Part shown: positions 39,866-49,311 of the stretch, one piece after another
Position numbering within the stretch: position 1 is the first letter of the stretch
How the letters are laid out: every line of letters starts with the position of its first letter
Assembly (NCBI GenBank): GCA_019748335.1
Contig: JAIEPP010000037.1
Location: forward strand, 1-63,685
DNA: 63,685 nt
Source of the DNA: Xanthobacteraceae bacterium
GTDB taxonomy: Bacteria > Pseudomonadota > Alphaproteobacteria > Rhizobiales > Xanthobacteraceae
Direction: 5' to 3'
The notes under the pieces: generated by a model
The model's database searches: none
What the model was told of the DNA's origin: nothing
Seen by the model: the letters and a program-made list of their open reading frames with translations, nothing else
Position numbers and translations under genes: made by a program

Positions 39866-42403
39866 ATGCAGGGTTCACATGAGGCGAAGAAAACCGGAGG
39901 CGCCTTTTGGTGCGAGTCGCCGGACCGGCTCCTGACCCGACTGGAATCCCGGCTGACCGGGCTGACGCAGCAAGAAGCCGAAAGACGCCTGCTGACCCAC
40001 GGCCGCAACCTGTTCGAAGCCAGCCATGGCGAGGCATTTCTGCCCAAGCTCGCCAAACGCGTGCTCAATCCGCTCGTCGCGCTATTGATCGCGGCGGCGG
40101 CGATATCTGGCATCAGCGGCGATTTCGGCAGTTTCTTCATCATTGTGGCCGTGCTCGCGCTGTCAATGACGCTGGATATCGTGCAGGAATATCGCGCCGA
40201 ACAGGAAGCCGAGGCGCTAAGGCACTCGGTAGCGGTCCACGCCGACGTTCTGCGCGATCGCAAGCCGGTGGAGCAGCCGGTCAGCAGCCTCGTTCCCGGC
40301 GATATCGTCCTGCTGCGCACCGGCGATCTGGTTCCCGCTGATGGCATCGTGCTGGAGTCGGACGATCTTCAACTGGATGAATCCATTTTGACGGGCGAGC
40401 CGTTCCCGGCGCGCAAGCGAAACGCGCCGTGTACTGCGACCGAAATCGCCGATGCGTATAACGCGCTGTTTGCAGGCACCTCCGTTGTCGCAGGCAAGGC
40501 GACCATGTTGCTGGTCGCGACCGGCCACCAAACCCGCTTCGGGGCCATTGCATCGGCGCTTGCCGCCAATGTGCCGCCGACAGCGCTGGAGCAGGGCGTC
40601 CATCGTCTCGGGCTCCTGATCCTGCGGCTGACGATCTTTCTTACCCTGTTCGTGCTGCTCGCCCATCTCGCCTCGGATCGGCCGGCGATGCAGTCGATCC
40701 TTTTTGCCGTGGCGCTCGCGGTCGGTCTGACGCCGGAACTGTTGCCGATGGTGATGACGGTCACGCTGGCGCGCGGGGCCAAGCGCATGGCCTCGCGGAA
40801 GGTGATCGTCAAGCGGCTGTCCGCGATCCATGATCTCGGCGCCATGGACGTGCTCTGCGTCGACAAGACCGGCACCTTGACGCAGGCGAAGATCAGTCTC
40901 GCCGATAGCATCGACTGGCAGGGCCAAAAAAGCGGTCGCGTGCTCGAGCTGGCACGTATCAACAGCGGCTTCCAATCTGGCATGCGCAGCGCGCTCGATG
41001 ACGCAATTTTGGCGGGCCGCGTTGACGACACCGAATGGGTGCGCCGGGGCGAACTCCCGTTCGATTTCAGCCGCCGATGTGTTTCGGTCATGGCCGAATG
41101 CAAGAGCGAAGTGCTGCTCGTGACCAAGGGGGCTCCCGAGGCAATCCTGTCGCGTGCGGTAGCGGTGGAGATCGAAGGCCTTGCCCATCCGCTCGATCAG
41201 TCATTGCGGGACCGCATCGATGCCGAACAGCAGCGGCTGAATGCGCAAGGATTTCGCCTGCTCGGCGTCGCGGTCAAATCCGTCGCCGCCGGCGCAGCGG
41301 ACTTGACGCTCGACGATGAGGCGAACCTGACCTTTGTCGGCTTTTGCGTCTTTGCCGATCCGCCCAAACCCGACGCTGCCAGAGCGGTCGCGGATCTGGC
41401 TGCGCTCGGAATCCGGCTCAAGATCATTTCCGGCGATCAGGCGGCTGTCGTGCGGCACGTCGCGGGCAGCGTGGGACTGGCCTGCGACAGCGTCCTGACC
41501 GGCGCCGAGATCGCCGAACTCACCGATGTCGGACTCGCCGCCAGGGTCGAACGCACCGACGTGTTCGCGCGCGTCGACCCCGACCAGAAGAAGCGCATCA
41601 TCGACGCGCTCCGCGCTCGCGGCCATGTTACCGGATTTCTCGGCGACGGCATCAATGACGCACCCGCAATCCACGCCGCTCATGTCGGCCTGTCCGTCGA
41701 CGGCGCAACCGACGTCGCTCGCGCCGCGGCGGACATGATCCTCCTGGCCTCCGACCTGAACGTGCTCGCCGAGGGCGTGCGCGAGGGCCGGCGGACCTTC
41801 GCCAATATCCTGAAATATGTCCGCATGGGTACCAGCTCCAACTTCGGCAACATGCTGTCGATGGCGCTGGCCTCGCTGGTGCTTCCGTTCCTGCCGCTGC
41901 TGCCGTTGCAGATCCTGCTGAACAACCTGATCTACGACTTCTCGGAGGTCGGCATTCCCTTCGATTCCGTGGACGCCGAAGAGACCGCGCGTCCGCACGC
42001 CTGGGACATGTCGGCTATTCTGCGTTTCACGATCGTGATGGGCGTGGTCTCGTCGGTGTTCGACGCGGCGACATTCCTGATCCTCCTGAAAGGATTTGGC
42101 GCCGACGCCGCGCAATTCCAGACCGGATGGTTCCTGGAATCGATCGCGACACAGATCCTGGTGATCTTCCTGATCCGAACCCGGCGGGCACCGTGGCAAG
42201 CCACCCGCCCGCATATCGCGCTGGTCGTCACCTCGCTCGGGGCGCTGGCGACGGCCTTCCTCGTGGTCCTTGGTCCGTTGCAGGGACTGTTCGGCTTTGT
42301 GCCGTTGCCGTGGCCGCTGCTGGCAGCCATGGCCGCCGTGACGGCGGCCTATCTCCTGGTCGCGGAGGGCGTCAAGAAGTTTGCAATGCCGCGCGGCGCC
42401 TGA
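39866..42403 (+). CDS. mgtA: Mg2+-translocating P-type ATPase
   Basis: AVGLTPELLP, DKTGTLT, GDGINDAP, SSNFGNMLS, FQTGWFLES. Confidence 0.92.
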   Translation: MQGSHEAKKTGGAFWCESPDRLLTRLESRLTGLTQQEAERRLLTHGRNLFEASHGEAFLPKLAKRVLNPLVALLIAAAAISGISGDFGSFFIIVAVLALSMTLDIVQEYRAEQEAEALRHSVAVHADVLRDRKPVEQPVSSLVPGDIVLLRTGDLVPADGIVLESDDLQLDESILTGEPFPARKRNAPCTATEIADAYNALFAGTSVVAGKATMLLVATGHQTRFGAIASALAANVPPTALEQGVHRLGLLILRLTIFLTLFVLLAHLASDRPAMQSILFAVALAVGLTPELLPMVMTVTLARGAKRMASRKVIVKRLSAIHDLGAMDVLCVDKTGTLTQAKISLADSIDWQGQKSGRVLELARINSGFQSGMRSALDDAILAGRVDDTEWVRRGELPFDFSRRCVSVMAECKSEVLLVTKGAPEAILSRAVAVEIEGLAHPLDQSLRDRIDAEQQRLNAQGFRLLGVAVKSVAAGAADLTLDDEANLTFVGFCVFADPPKPDAARAVADLAALGIRLKIISGDQAAVVRHVAGSVGLACDSVLTGAEIAELTDVGLAARVERTDVFARVDPDQKKRIIDALRARGHVTGFLGDGINDAPAIHAAHVGLSVDGATDVARAAADMILLASDLNVLAEGVREGRRTFANILKYVRMGTSSNFGNMLSMALASLVLPFLPLLPLQILLNNLIYDFSEVGIPFDSVDAEETARPHAWDMSAILRFTIVMGVVSSVFDAATFLILLKGFGADAAQFQTGWFLESIATQILVIFLIRTRRAPWQATRPHIALVVTSLGALATAFLVVLGPLQGLFGFVPLPWPLLAAMAAVTAAYLLVAEGVKKFAMPRGA

Positions 42404-42416
42404 AAGACCTCACACC

Positions 42417-42800
42417 TCAGCGCGCGGGCTCGCCGAGATGAAAGTAACGGCGCCCCAACGCGATGATTTCCTTGTCGGTGGGATGATCGCACGGCTCGGC
42501 GTGAAAGGTGTGTCCCTTGGCGGAGCGCCCTTCCTCGAGATGTTTCAGCAGCAACGTCTTCTCGTTTCCAGGGCCAACCAGCAGCACCGATTCGCAATGT
42601 TCTAGCGCCTTGTCGATCGCCGGAAAGAACTGCGGGTCATCGTGGGTCTTGCCGGAGCCGATCGTATTGGCCTTGTGGTGCAGGTGGGCGTTTTCCAGAT
42701 CGGCATGGACGGTCTGCTGGTCGACCGCCTCCAGTCCCAGATAGAATATCTTGGCGACGCGGTGATCGACCCAGACGACGGCGTGATTGTGGACGGTCAT
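42417..42800 (-). CDS. eRF1 middle-domain-like (baeRF/'translational machinery') protein
   Basis: HAVVWVDHRVAKIF...VLLVGPGNEKTLLLKHL; downstream of a usp. Confidence 0.7.
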   Translation of the reverse strand: MTVHNHAVVWVDHRVAKIFYLGLEAVDQQTVHADLENAHLHHKANTIGSGKTHDDPQFFPAIDKALEHCESVLLVGPGNEKTLLLKHLEEGRSAKGHTFHAEPCDHPTDKEIIALGRRYFHLGEPAR

Positions 42801-42863
42801 GATTTTCTCTTTCTTGAAGCAAGGTTTTCAGGGCTGCAAGTCTCTGCGGCGCCGGCGGGACGG

Positions 42864-43697
42864 TCAGTGCGACATCAGCACCGGGACCGTCATCGCCTCG
42901 AACATGCCGCGGGTAACGCCACCGAGAATGCGCTCCTTCAGCCGCGAATGGCCGTACCCGCCCATCGCCAGAAGGCCGATATTGCTCTCGGCCGCGATCG
43001 ACAGAATGGTGCTCTGGATATTGCCTCGGTCGGCGGTCAGGCGCTGGACCCGCGCTGCAATGCCGCGCCGGGCGAGATGGCCGACGAGCTGGTCCGAGGA
43101 TGCTTCTGTCGCGGTTTCGTTGACGGCAATCACGGTGACCGCCTTGGCGCCCATCAAAAACGGCATCGCGTCGTGCAGGGCGCGAGCCGCCGCGCGGCTG
43201 CCGTCCCAGGCAATCCCGATATGATTGGCATCGAGCGGTCCCTTGTGGATGTAGGGGACCATCAGCATGGGCCCCCCGGAATTGAACAGAATCCCCTGCG
43301 GGATGATGTTGTCGTGGCTGGCAGTCGCGAATTCGGGCTGCAGTACAATCGTCAGATCGTAAAGCCGCGACAGCGCGTCGATGGTCTGTTCGGCGTCGGC
43401 AGGGATCGCTGCAATCGCCCGGGTGCCGTAAGCGATCTTGGCGAGCTTGGCTTCGACCTCGAATACCGCAATCGCGGCATTGGCACGCTCCAGCGCCCGC
43501 TCCTGTTCGACCCCCATCACGGCGGCTACAGCGGCGCTGCCGCCCTCCACCACCATGCCGACGGCGCTCATCGATTCATAGCCGATGGCGATGGCGTCGA
43601 GATGCGATCGCCGTGCCATTGCCAGCGCGATAGCCACGTCGATCACCGGCCTGATCAGCCGCTCCGACGGAATATGGACCAGAATGTTCCTGAACAT
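42864..43697 (-). CDS. Universal stress protein
   Basis: MFRNILVH, IAWDGSRAAARA, MGGYGHSRLKERILGGVT. Confidence 0.92.
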   Translation of the reverse strand: MFRNILVHIPSERLIRPVIDVAIALAMARRSHLDAIAIGYESMSAVGMVVEGGSAAVAAVMGVEQERALERANAAIAVFEVEAKLAKIAYGTRAIAAIPADAEQTIDALSRLYDLTIVLQPEFATASHDNIIPQGILFNSGGPMLMVPYIHKGPLDANHIGIAWDGSRAAARALHDAMPFLMGAKAVTVIAVNETATEASSDQLVGHLARRGIAARVQRLTADRGNIQSTILSIAAESNIGLLAMGGYGHSRLKERILGGVTRGMFEAMTVPVLMSH

Positions 43698-43783
43698 CGC
43701 CGTTCTCCCAAGCATCCGTGGAAACGCGCAACACGCCTCCCGCACCGTGGCCGAGACAATATCCGGGCAATTCGCGGCCGGAG

Positions 43784-43797
43784 TTGATGCACATCAA
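43784..43797. promoter_or_regulatory. FixK box
   Basis: TTGATGCACATCAA, a consensus match. Confidence 0.85.
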
Positions 43798-43836
43798 GTC
43801 CGGCAACGCCCGACGTTCGGCGCAATACAGCGTCCG

Positions 43837-44751
43837 TCAGCCCGCTTCGGCCTGTTTAAAGCTGTGATAGGCCTCGATTGCCGCGCGCAGCAGCTTCTCC
43901 TTATTCCGGCGATAACCCGGCGGCCGGCTCTTGCCCTGTTCGCTGTCATCGGCCACCGATGCCTGCGCGGCGAGGTCGGCAAATCGATCCAGATCTCGCA
44001 AATCGCCTAATGCGCTTTGCAGCCGTCTTGCCGATCGGTACAGCCGGCGATATTTCTCATGGCCGCAGATGGTAACGATACCCGTCAGGGCTTCCAGCAT
44101 GTAGCGCAGACGTTTGGCCCTGATCCGCAACCGGTGCCGGCGGGAAGCGCCCAGCGTCTCGAGATGCCGGCCCTTCCGGATCAGGCGCTTGCACCAGCGG
44201 TTGAGTTCACGTTCGCCGTAGATGTGCATCGGTTCGGGCGGCACGTAGCGCACGGCCCGCTCCCAGCGCGCGAGCCACCTCCCGTGCCTGACCCAGCCCG
44301 ACAGCGCCGCGATCAGGTTCTGAAATCGCACCGCGCGCAAACAGCTCGCCAGTCGGCGGTGATCCCGCCTTCGGCGTTCAGCGATATGTTCGCCGATCAC
44401 GCCCCGGGACCAGGCCCGATACGGCTTACGCCGCACATGCGCTGCCATGACGTCATCATCACGCACGGCGCCAAGCGCATCGTTGAGCCAGATGATTTCC
44501 TTTTTAAGGCTGGGCCATTCTGTATCGACCGCGATCGGCTCGAAGAACAATACCGCAGCCCGCAGCCGCGTGATGGCGATACGGACCTGATGCACGGCTT
44601 CGACATCGCCGGCGCACGCTCGGCGGTGATACGCCCTGATGCCGGCAACGCACTCCAGCGCTATTCCCTGGAAAGCAGTCGCGCAATCGGGGCCCGCCGC
44701 AGCGGACAACTTGCCTCGGCTGGACACCGGCGCGCGTCCGGTCCGCCTCAT
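43837..44751 (-). CDS. CHAD-domain (polyphosphate-binding) protein
   Basis: EAVHQVRIAITRLRA, LGAVRDDDV, HRLRIRAKRLRYMLE, LQSALGDLRD. Confidence 0.85.
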   Translation of the reverse strand: MRRTGRAPVSSRGKLSAAAGPDCATAFQGIALECVAGIRAYHRRACAGDVEAVHQVRIAITRLRAAVLFFEPIAVDTEWPSLKKEIIWLNDALGAVRDDDVMAAHVRRKPYRAWSRGVIGEHIAERRRRDHRRLASCLRAVRFQNLIAALSGWVRHGRWLARWERAVRYVPPEPMHIYGERELNRWCKRLIRKGRHLETLGASRRHRLRIRAKRLRYMLEALTGIVTICGHEKYRRLYRSARRLQSALGDLRDLDRFADLAAQASVADDSEQGKSRPPGYRRNKEKLLRAAIEAYHSFKQAEAG

Positions 44752-46328
44752 CTGACATCGACCGGCGCGGAACCGGCCGTGAAGCCGCGCGCCCGGCGTA
44801 GCGTATCGCCGGGCGCTCCCCCGGCGTCGACAATGTGCCAGTCCATGGCGCCGATCGCAAAGCTCTGCTGCTTCACGGCAACGTCGCGCGTTGCATCGGA
44901 CGCATCGTGCTTGCGTTGTTCGATGCGCGCGACTCGGGTCGCGAGATCGGCGGTCAGGAACAGTCCGACGAAGCGCGCGTCGTGTTGGCGGGCCAGATCG
45001 GCGAGCACGGCTCGCTCCGTTTCCCGCAGGAATGCGGCATCGAGCACGACCGAGCACCCCTGGGAGAGAACACGCTGCGCTGTCGCGGAAAGCATCTCAT
45101 AGACACGCGCCGTGGTATCGGCCTGGTAGGCGGCTTCCGGCAGCGGCGTGGTCTCGCTGACGCCGAACAGGCGCTTGCGAACGACGTCCGAGCGGATGAT
45201 GACCGCACCGGGCAGCGGTTCGATGATGCCCGCAAGCCCACGCGCGAGGACCGATTTTCCGGTTCCTGACAAACCGCCGACGGCGACGAGAAGCGGCGGT
45301 CCCGGGCTGATAAGACGTCCGGCCAGGTCGAAATAGCGCTTCGCCTCGTTCCACTCGGCCTCGCCGCCTGCGGCCTGCTCACTCTTGGTGAACAATACAT
45401 GGGCACGGATCGCCGCCCGCATCGACATGAACAGCGGTAACACGCCGAGGCCGTCGAGGTGCTGCTCCGACGCCCCCGCCAGATAGCGGTTGAACAGTGC
45501 GTTGGCGGCCTCTGCCTGACCGAAGTGAACCAAATCCATCAGCGTGAAGGCGAGATCATAGAGGATATCCGTGGTCGCGATGATCGGATCGAATTCGATG
45601 GCGTCGAACAACAGCGGCCTGCCGTTCACCAGCGCGATGTTGGCGAGATGGAGATCGCCATGGCAGCGCCGCGCGAAGCCCTGTTCGACGCGACGGCTGA
45701 GCAGGGATTGCAGACGTGTGACGTGATCGTGACTGGCGGCGTCGAGCCGGTCGATGGCGGCCACGTCGAGACCACGCACCGCGTGAAATCTATCGGTGTT
45801 GCGGTCGATGATACCAGGAATCGAATCGGGCCAGGTTTTGCCGTCGGCGCGCGGCGCTTTGTCGTGCGATTGCAGGATCGTATCCGCCATCGCCAGCGCC
45901 AGCGACTGGTCGATGACGCTTGCCGCGGCAATATGATCGAGAGTCTGCGCCTCGTCGAAGCGGACCATTTCGACCGCCCACTCGACGGCGGTTCCGGCGC
46001 CATCGATTTCAAGACGGCCATCGCCATTCTGCGTGATCGCAACCACACGGCGGTAGATTTCCGGCGCGTTGCCGGCATTGACTTTCAGCTCTTCCTCGCA
46101 AGCAAGCCGGCGTTTTTCCAGCGTAGAGTAATCCAGAAAGGGCAGCTTCACGGCGCGCTTGATCTTCAACGCACGGTCGCCACCGAGAAACACCACCGAA
46201 CAATGGGTATCGATGCGCTTACCGCCGTTCGCCGCGCCAAAGCGGGAACGATCGAGGAAATCCAGCACGCGCCCCTGGATATCGGCCTCTGCGACGCCAG
46301 CTGCATCGGTTGACGATTGCGGCGTCAT
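44748..46328 (-). CDS. Aminoglycoside-phosphotransferase-like + AAA_33 P-loop kinase fusion (Rv2004c-like)
   Basis: IDTHCS, ALKIKRAV, CHGDLHLANI, FDAIEF, GLSGTGKS, IRSDVVRKRL. Confidence 0.9.
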   Translation of the reverse strand: MTPQSSTDAAGVAEADIQGRVLDFLDRSRFGAANGGKRIDTHCSVVFLGGDRALKIKRAVKLPFLDYSTLEKRRLACEEELKVNAGNAPEIYRRVVAITQNGDGRLEIDGAGTAVEWAVEMVRFDEAQTLDHIAAASVIDQSLALAMADTILQSHDKAPRADGKTWPDSIPGIIDRNTDRFHAVRGLDVAAIDRLDAASHDHVTRLQSLLSRRVEQGFARRCHGDLHLANIALVNGRPLLFDAIEFDPIIATTDILYDLAFTLMDLVHFGQAEAANALFNRYLAGASEQHLDGLGVLPLFMSMRAAIRAHVLFTKSEQAAGGEAEWNEAKRYFDLAGRLISPGPPLLVAVGGLSGTGKSVLARGLAGIIEPLPGAVIIRSDVVRKRLFGVSETTPLPEAAYQADTTARVYEMLSATAQRVLSQGCSVVLDAAFLRETERAVLADLARQHDARFVGLFLTADLATRVARIEQRKHDASDATRDVAVKQQSFAIGAMDWHIVDAGGAPGDTLRRARGFTAGSAPVDVR

Positions 46329-47308
46329 GGCTGCAGTACCGCAGCGCCGGTGATCTGCCCGGCCCGCAGCTTTGACAAGACCTCGTTCGCCTCCCGCAAC
46401 GGGAACGCCGTGGTATGCGTGGTGATGCCCGCCCGCGCGGCGACCTTCAGGAATTCGATGCCGTCATTGCGCGTCAAATTGGCAACCGACAGCAATTGCC
46501 GCTCCCCCCACAGGATATCATAGGGAAAGGACGGAATATCCGACATGTGAATGCCGGCGCAGACCACGCGCCCCCCTTTGCGCACGGCGCGCAACGCCAG
46601 CGGCACCAGTTCGCCGACCGGCGCATAAATGATGGCGGCATCAAGCGCCACCGGCGGGGCGTCCTCCGATCCTCCCGCCCAATCGGCGCCGAGCGATTTC
46701 GCCAGGCGCTGCGCGTCGACGTCGCCTGCGCGCGTGAAGGCATAGACCGAGCGGCCCTGCCAGCGGGCCACTTGCGCAATGATGTGTCCGGCGGCGCCGA
46801 AGCCGAAGATGCCGAGATGCTTGCTGTCTCCCGCCATCACCAGCGAGCGCCAGCCGATCAGCCCGGCGCACAACAGCGGCGCGACGGCGACGTCGGAGCC
46901 GTCCTCGCCGAGCGGAAAGCAATAGCGGGCGTCCGCGACCAGATGCGTGGCAAAGCCTCCGTCACGGGTGTAACCGGTAAAGCGTGGCCGGTCGCACAGA
47001 TTTTCCCGGCCGCACCGGCAATAGGAACATTCGCCGCAGGTGTAGCCAAGCCAAGGCACGCCGACGCGTTCGCCAACGTCGAGGCTGGTGACACCGGGGC
47101 CGAGCGCATCGACCCGGCCGACCACCTCGTGGCCAGGAATGATGGGGTAGGCGATCCCGGGCAATTCGCCGTCGACGACATGCAGATCTGTCCTGCACAC
47201 GCCGCAGGCACCGACCTTGACGCGCACCTCGCCAGGCCCGGGTACCGGATCCTCCCGCGGCTCGAGCCGGAGCGCCGCGCCGGGCGCCGTAAGGACCATG
47301 GCGAACAT
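46325..47308 (-). CDS. Zn-dependent alcohol dehydrogenase
   Basis: CGVCRTDLH, GHEVVG, CGECSYC...ENLC, GFGAAG. Confidence 0.93.
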   Translation of the reverse strand: MFAMVLTAPGAALRLEPREDPVPGPGEVRVKVGACGVCRTDLHVVDGELPGIAYPIIPGHEVVGRVDALGPGVTSLDVGERVGVPWLGYTCGECSYCRCGRENLCDRPRFTGYTRDGGFATHLVADARYCFPLGEDGSDVAVAPLLCAGLIGWRSLVMAGDSKHLGIFGFGAAGHIIAQVARWQGRSVYAFTRAGDVDAQRLAKSLGADWAGGSEDAPPVALDAAIIYAPVGELVPLALRAVRKGGRVVCAGIHMSDIPSFPYDILWGERQLLSVANLTRNDGIEFLKVAARAGITTHTTAFPLREANEVLSKLRAGQITGAAVLQP

Positions 47309-47365
47309 CTCTTCCCCTGTATTCACACAAGCGTGCGCACCTTATCGCGGTGACGTGGCCGGAGT

Positions 47366-47379
47366 TTGATCCTCGTCAA
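47366..47379. promoter_or_regulatory. FixK box
   Basis: TTGATCCTCGTCAA between the divergent adh and CBS genes. Confidence 0.8.
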
Positions 47380-47473
47380 ACGGTCGACGCCCAGGCAGCC
47401 TAGCATCGTTTGATCAGCTCAGCCGCTTCCATCGGCGGCACCTTGCCATTTCCGTGAAACAGGAGATCGTCAC

Positions 47474-48202
47474 ATGCGCGCCCATCAGATCATGACCCGA
47501 TCGGTTATTACCGTCACGCCGGATGACACCATCCTGGCGGCCGCAAAGCTGATGCTCGAGCGGCACGTCAGCGGACTTCCAGTCGTCGATACGGCCGGCA
47601 AACTGGTCGGCATCGTCTCGGAGGGCGACTTCATCCGCCGCAGCGAGATCGGCACGCAGAAGAAGCGCGGTCGCTGGCTCAAATTCCTGCTCGGCGCCGG
47701 TGAAGCGGCGACCGAATACGTGCATGAACACGGCAAGAAGATCTCCGAGGTCATGACCCGGGATCCGATCACGATCACGGAAGACACGCCACTCGACGAA
47801 ATCGTCACCTCGATGGAAACCAACGGCGTCAAGCGCCTGCCGGTCATGAACGGCACCAAGCTGGTCGGAATCGTGTCGCGCGCCAACCTGCTGCAGGCGG
47901 TAGCGGGCCTCGCCCGCGACATCCCCGACCCCACCGCCGACGACGACCACATCCGCAACCGGATCATGGCGGCGGTCGACAAGAACGACTGGTCACCGTT
48001 CGGGCTCAATGTCATCGTCCGCGACGGCATCGTCCATCTCAGCGGCGTGATCACCGAGGAGCGTTCGCGGCAGGCCGCCGTCGTCGCGGCGGAGAATGTC
48101 GCCGGCGTCAGGAAGGTTCACGACCACCTATGCTGGGTCGACACCATGTCCGGGATGTACCTGGAGTCGCCGGAAGACACCGAGATGGCCAAGGCCGGCT
48201 GA
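47474..48202 (+). CDS. CBS-pair + BON domain protein
   Basis: SGLPVVD...LVGIVSEGD, KRLPV, VIVRDGIVHLSG...GVRKVHDHL. Confidence 0.92.
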   Translation: MRAHQIMTRSVITVTPDDTILAAAKLMLERHVSGLPVVDTAGKLVGIVSEGDFIRRSEIGTQKKRGRWLKFLLGAGEAATEYVHEHGKKISEVMTRDPITITEDTPLDEIVTSMETNGVKRLPVMNGTKLVGIVSRANLLQAVAGLARDIPDPTADDDHIRNRIMAAVDKNDWSPFGLNVIVRDGIVHLSGVITEERSRQAAVVAAENVAGVRKVHDHLCWVDTMSGMYLESPEDTEMAKAG

Positions 48203-48265
48203 ACCGGCTAAGACGACCCGCTGGCAGCGCAACGGCCTCGCACCTTGCTCCAACGGGACGACGAA

Positions 48266-48829
48266 ATGGCATCAAGCATCGACCAGCTCGTCGAGCAAAT
48301 AAAGGCATTGCAGGGCGAGCTTGAGGCGGAGCTTGCCATCCGGCGGGCCAACCTGAATTACACGCTGCAAAGCGGCCGGGTACGCTTCGAACAGGAGATT
48401 CTGCGGGCGCACAAGGCCTTACGGGTCAACCTCGCGCGTTACGTCTTCAACGCCGAAGTGGTACATGTGGTGACGGCGCCGGTCATCTATTCCATGATCA
48501 TACCGCTCGTGCTGCTGGATATCTTCATCAGCGTCTATCAGGCGGTTTGCTTCCCGGCGTACGGCATCGAAAAGGTCAGACGCAGCGACCATCTGATCTT
48601 CGATCGCTACCACCTCGCCTATCTAAACCTGCTCGAGAAGATAAATTGCGCTTATTGTTCCTACGGCAACGGCCTGCTCAGCTACGCCAGAGAGATCGCC
48701 GGCCGGACCGAGCAATATTGGTGCCCGATCAAGCATGCCCGCCGCGTCATCGCCGCGCATGAGGGTTACGATGCCTTTGCCGAGTTCGGTGACGCCGAGG
48801 CGTTCCGAAACCGATCCGGAAAATCCTAG
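48266..48829 (+). CDS. Hypothetical membrane-anchored Cys/His protein
   Basis: Coiled N-terminus, one TM helix, INCAYCSY, YWCPIKH. Confidence 0.8.
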   Translation: MASSIDQLVEQIKALQGELEAELAIRRANLNYTLQSGRVRFEQEILRAHKALRVNLARYVFNAEVVHVVTAPVIYSMIIPLVLLDIFISVYQAVCFPAYGIEKVRRSDHLIFDRYHLAYLNLLEKINCAYCSYGNGLLSYAREIAGRTEQYWCPIKHARRVIAAHEGYDAFAEFGDAEAFRNRSGKS

Positions 48830-48834
48830 GTGAA

Positions 48835-49284
48835 TTATAGCCGTTGATCGCTGCCGGAAGCTGCCCGCGCACTGTTCGTCAGCGCCCGCATGACGTCCTC
48901 GCGCGCGATCATCCCCGCCAGCCGCTGTTCGCCGTCCAGCACCGGGATGCTTCTGATCCGATGATCCACCATCAGCTGCAATACCCGCGTCAGCTTCGTC
49001 GCCGGATCGACATAGATGAATTCCGGCGTCATGACATCGGCCACCGTCCGGGACAATAGATCGTCATAGGCCGGGACCATGCGGCCGGGGTTGAAGGCAA
49101 AGCAATTCAGGAAGTCGAATTTGCTCACCAGGCCGATGGTATCGTCGCCTTCGCGGACCGGGTAACAGTTGAAGTCATCCTCGTCGAACATCCGTTGCAG
49201 CTCGCGCATGGTGGTATCGCGCGTTACCGTCTTGACGCTGGACGTCATGTGCTGACCGGCGGTGGCTTCGAGGAATTTATGCAC
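48835..49284 (-). CDS. CBS-domain protein
   Basis: Two CBS repeats (VADVMT, RSIPV...GMIAREDV). Confidence 0.9.
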   Translation of the reverse strand: MHKFLEATAGQHMTSSVKTVTRDTTMRELQRMFDEDDFNCYPVREGDDTIGLVSKFDFLNCFAFNPGRMVPAYDDLLSRTVADVMTPEFIYVDPATKLTRVLQLMVDHRIRSIPVLDGEQRLAGMIAREDVMRALTNSARAASGSDQRL

Positions 49285-49311
49285 GGCGCAGCCTCGTCAT
49301 GATCGGTTGCC

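Noticed and set aside
40385-40410. MgtA TGEP instead of TGES as an inactivating mutation
   Set aside because: The TGE core is intact, TGEP variants occur in P-type ATPases, and all other motifs are present.
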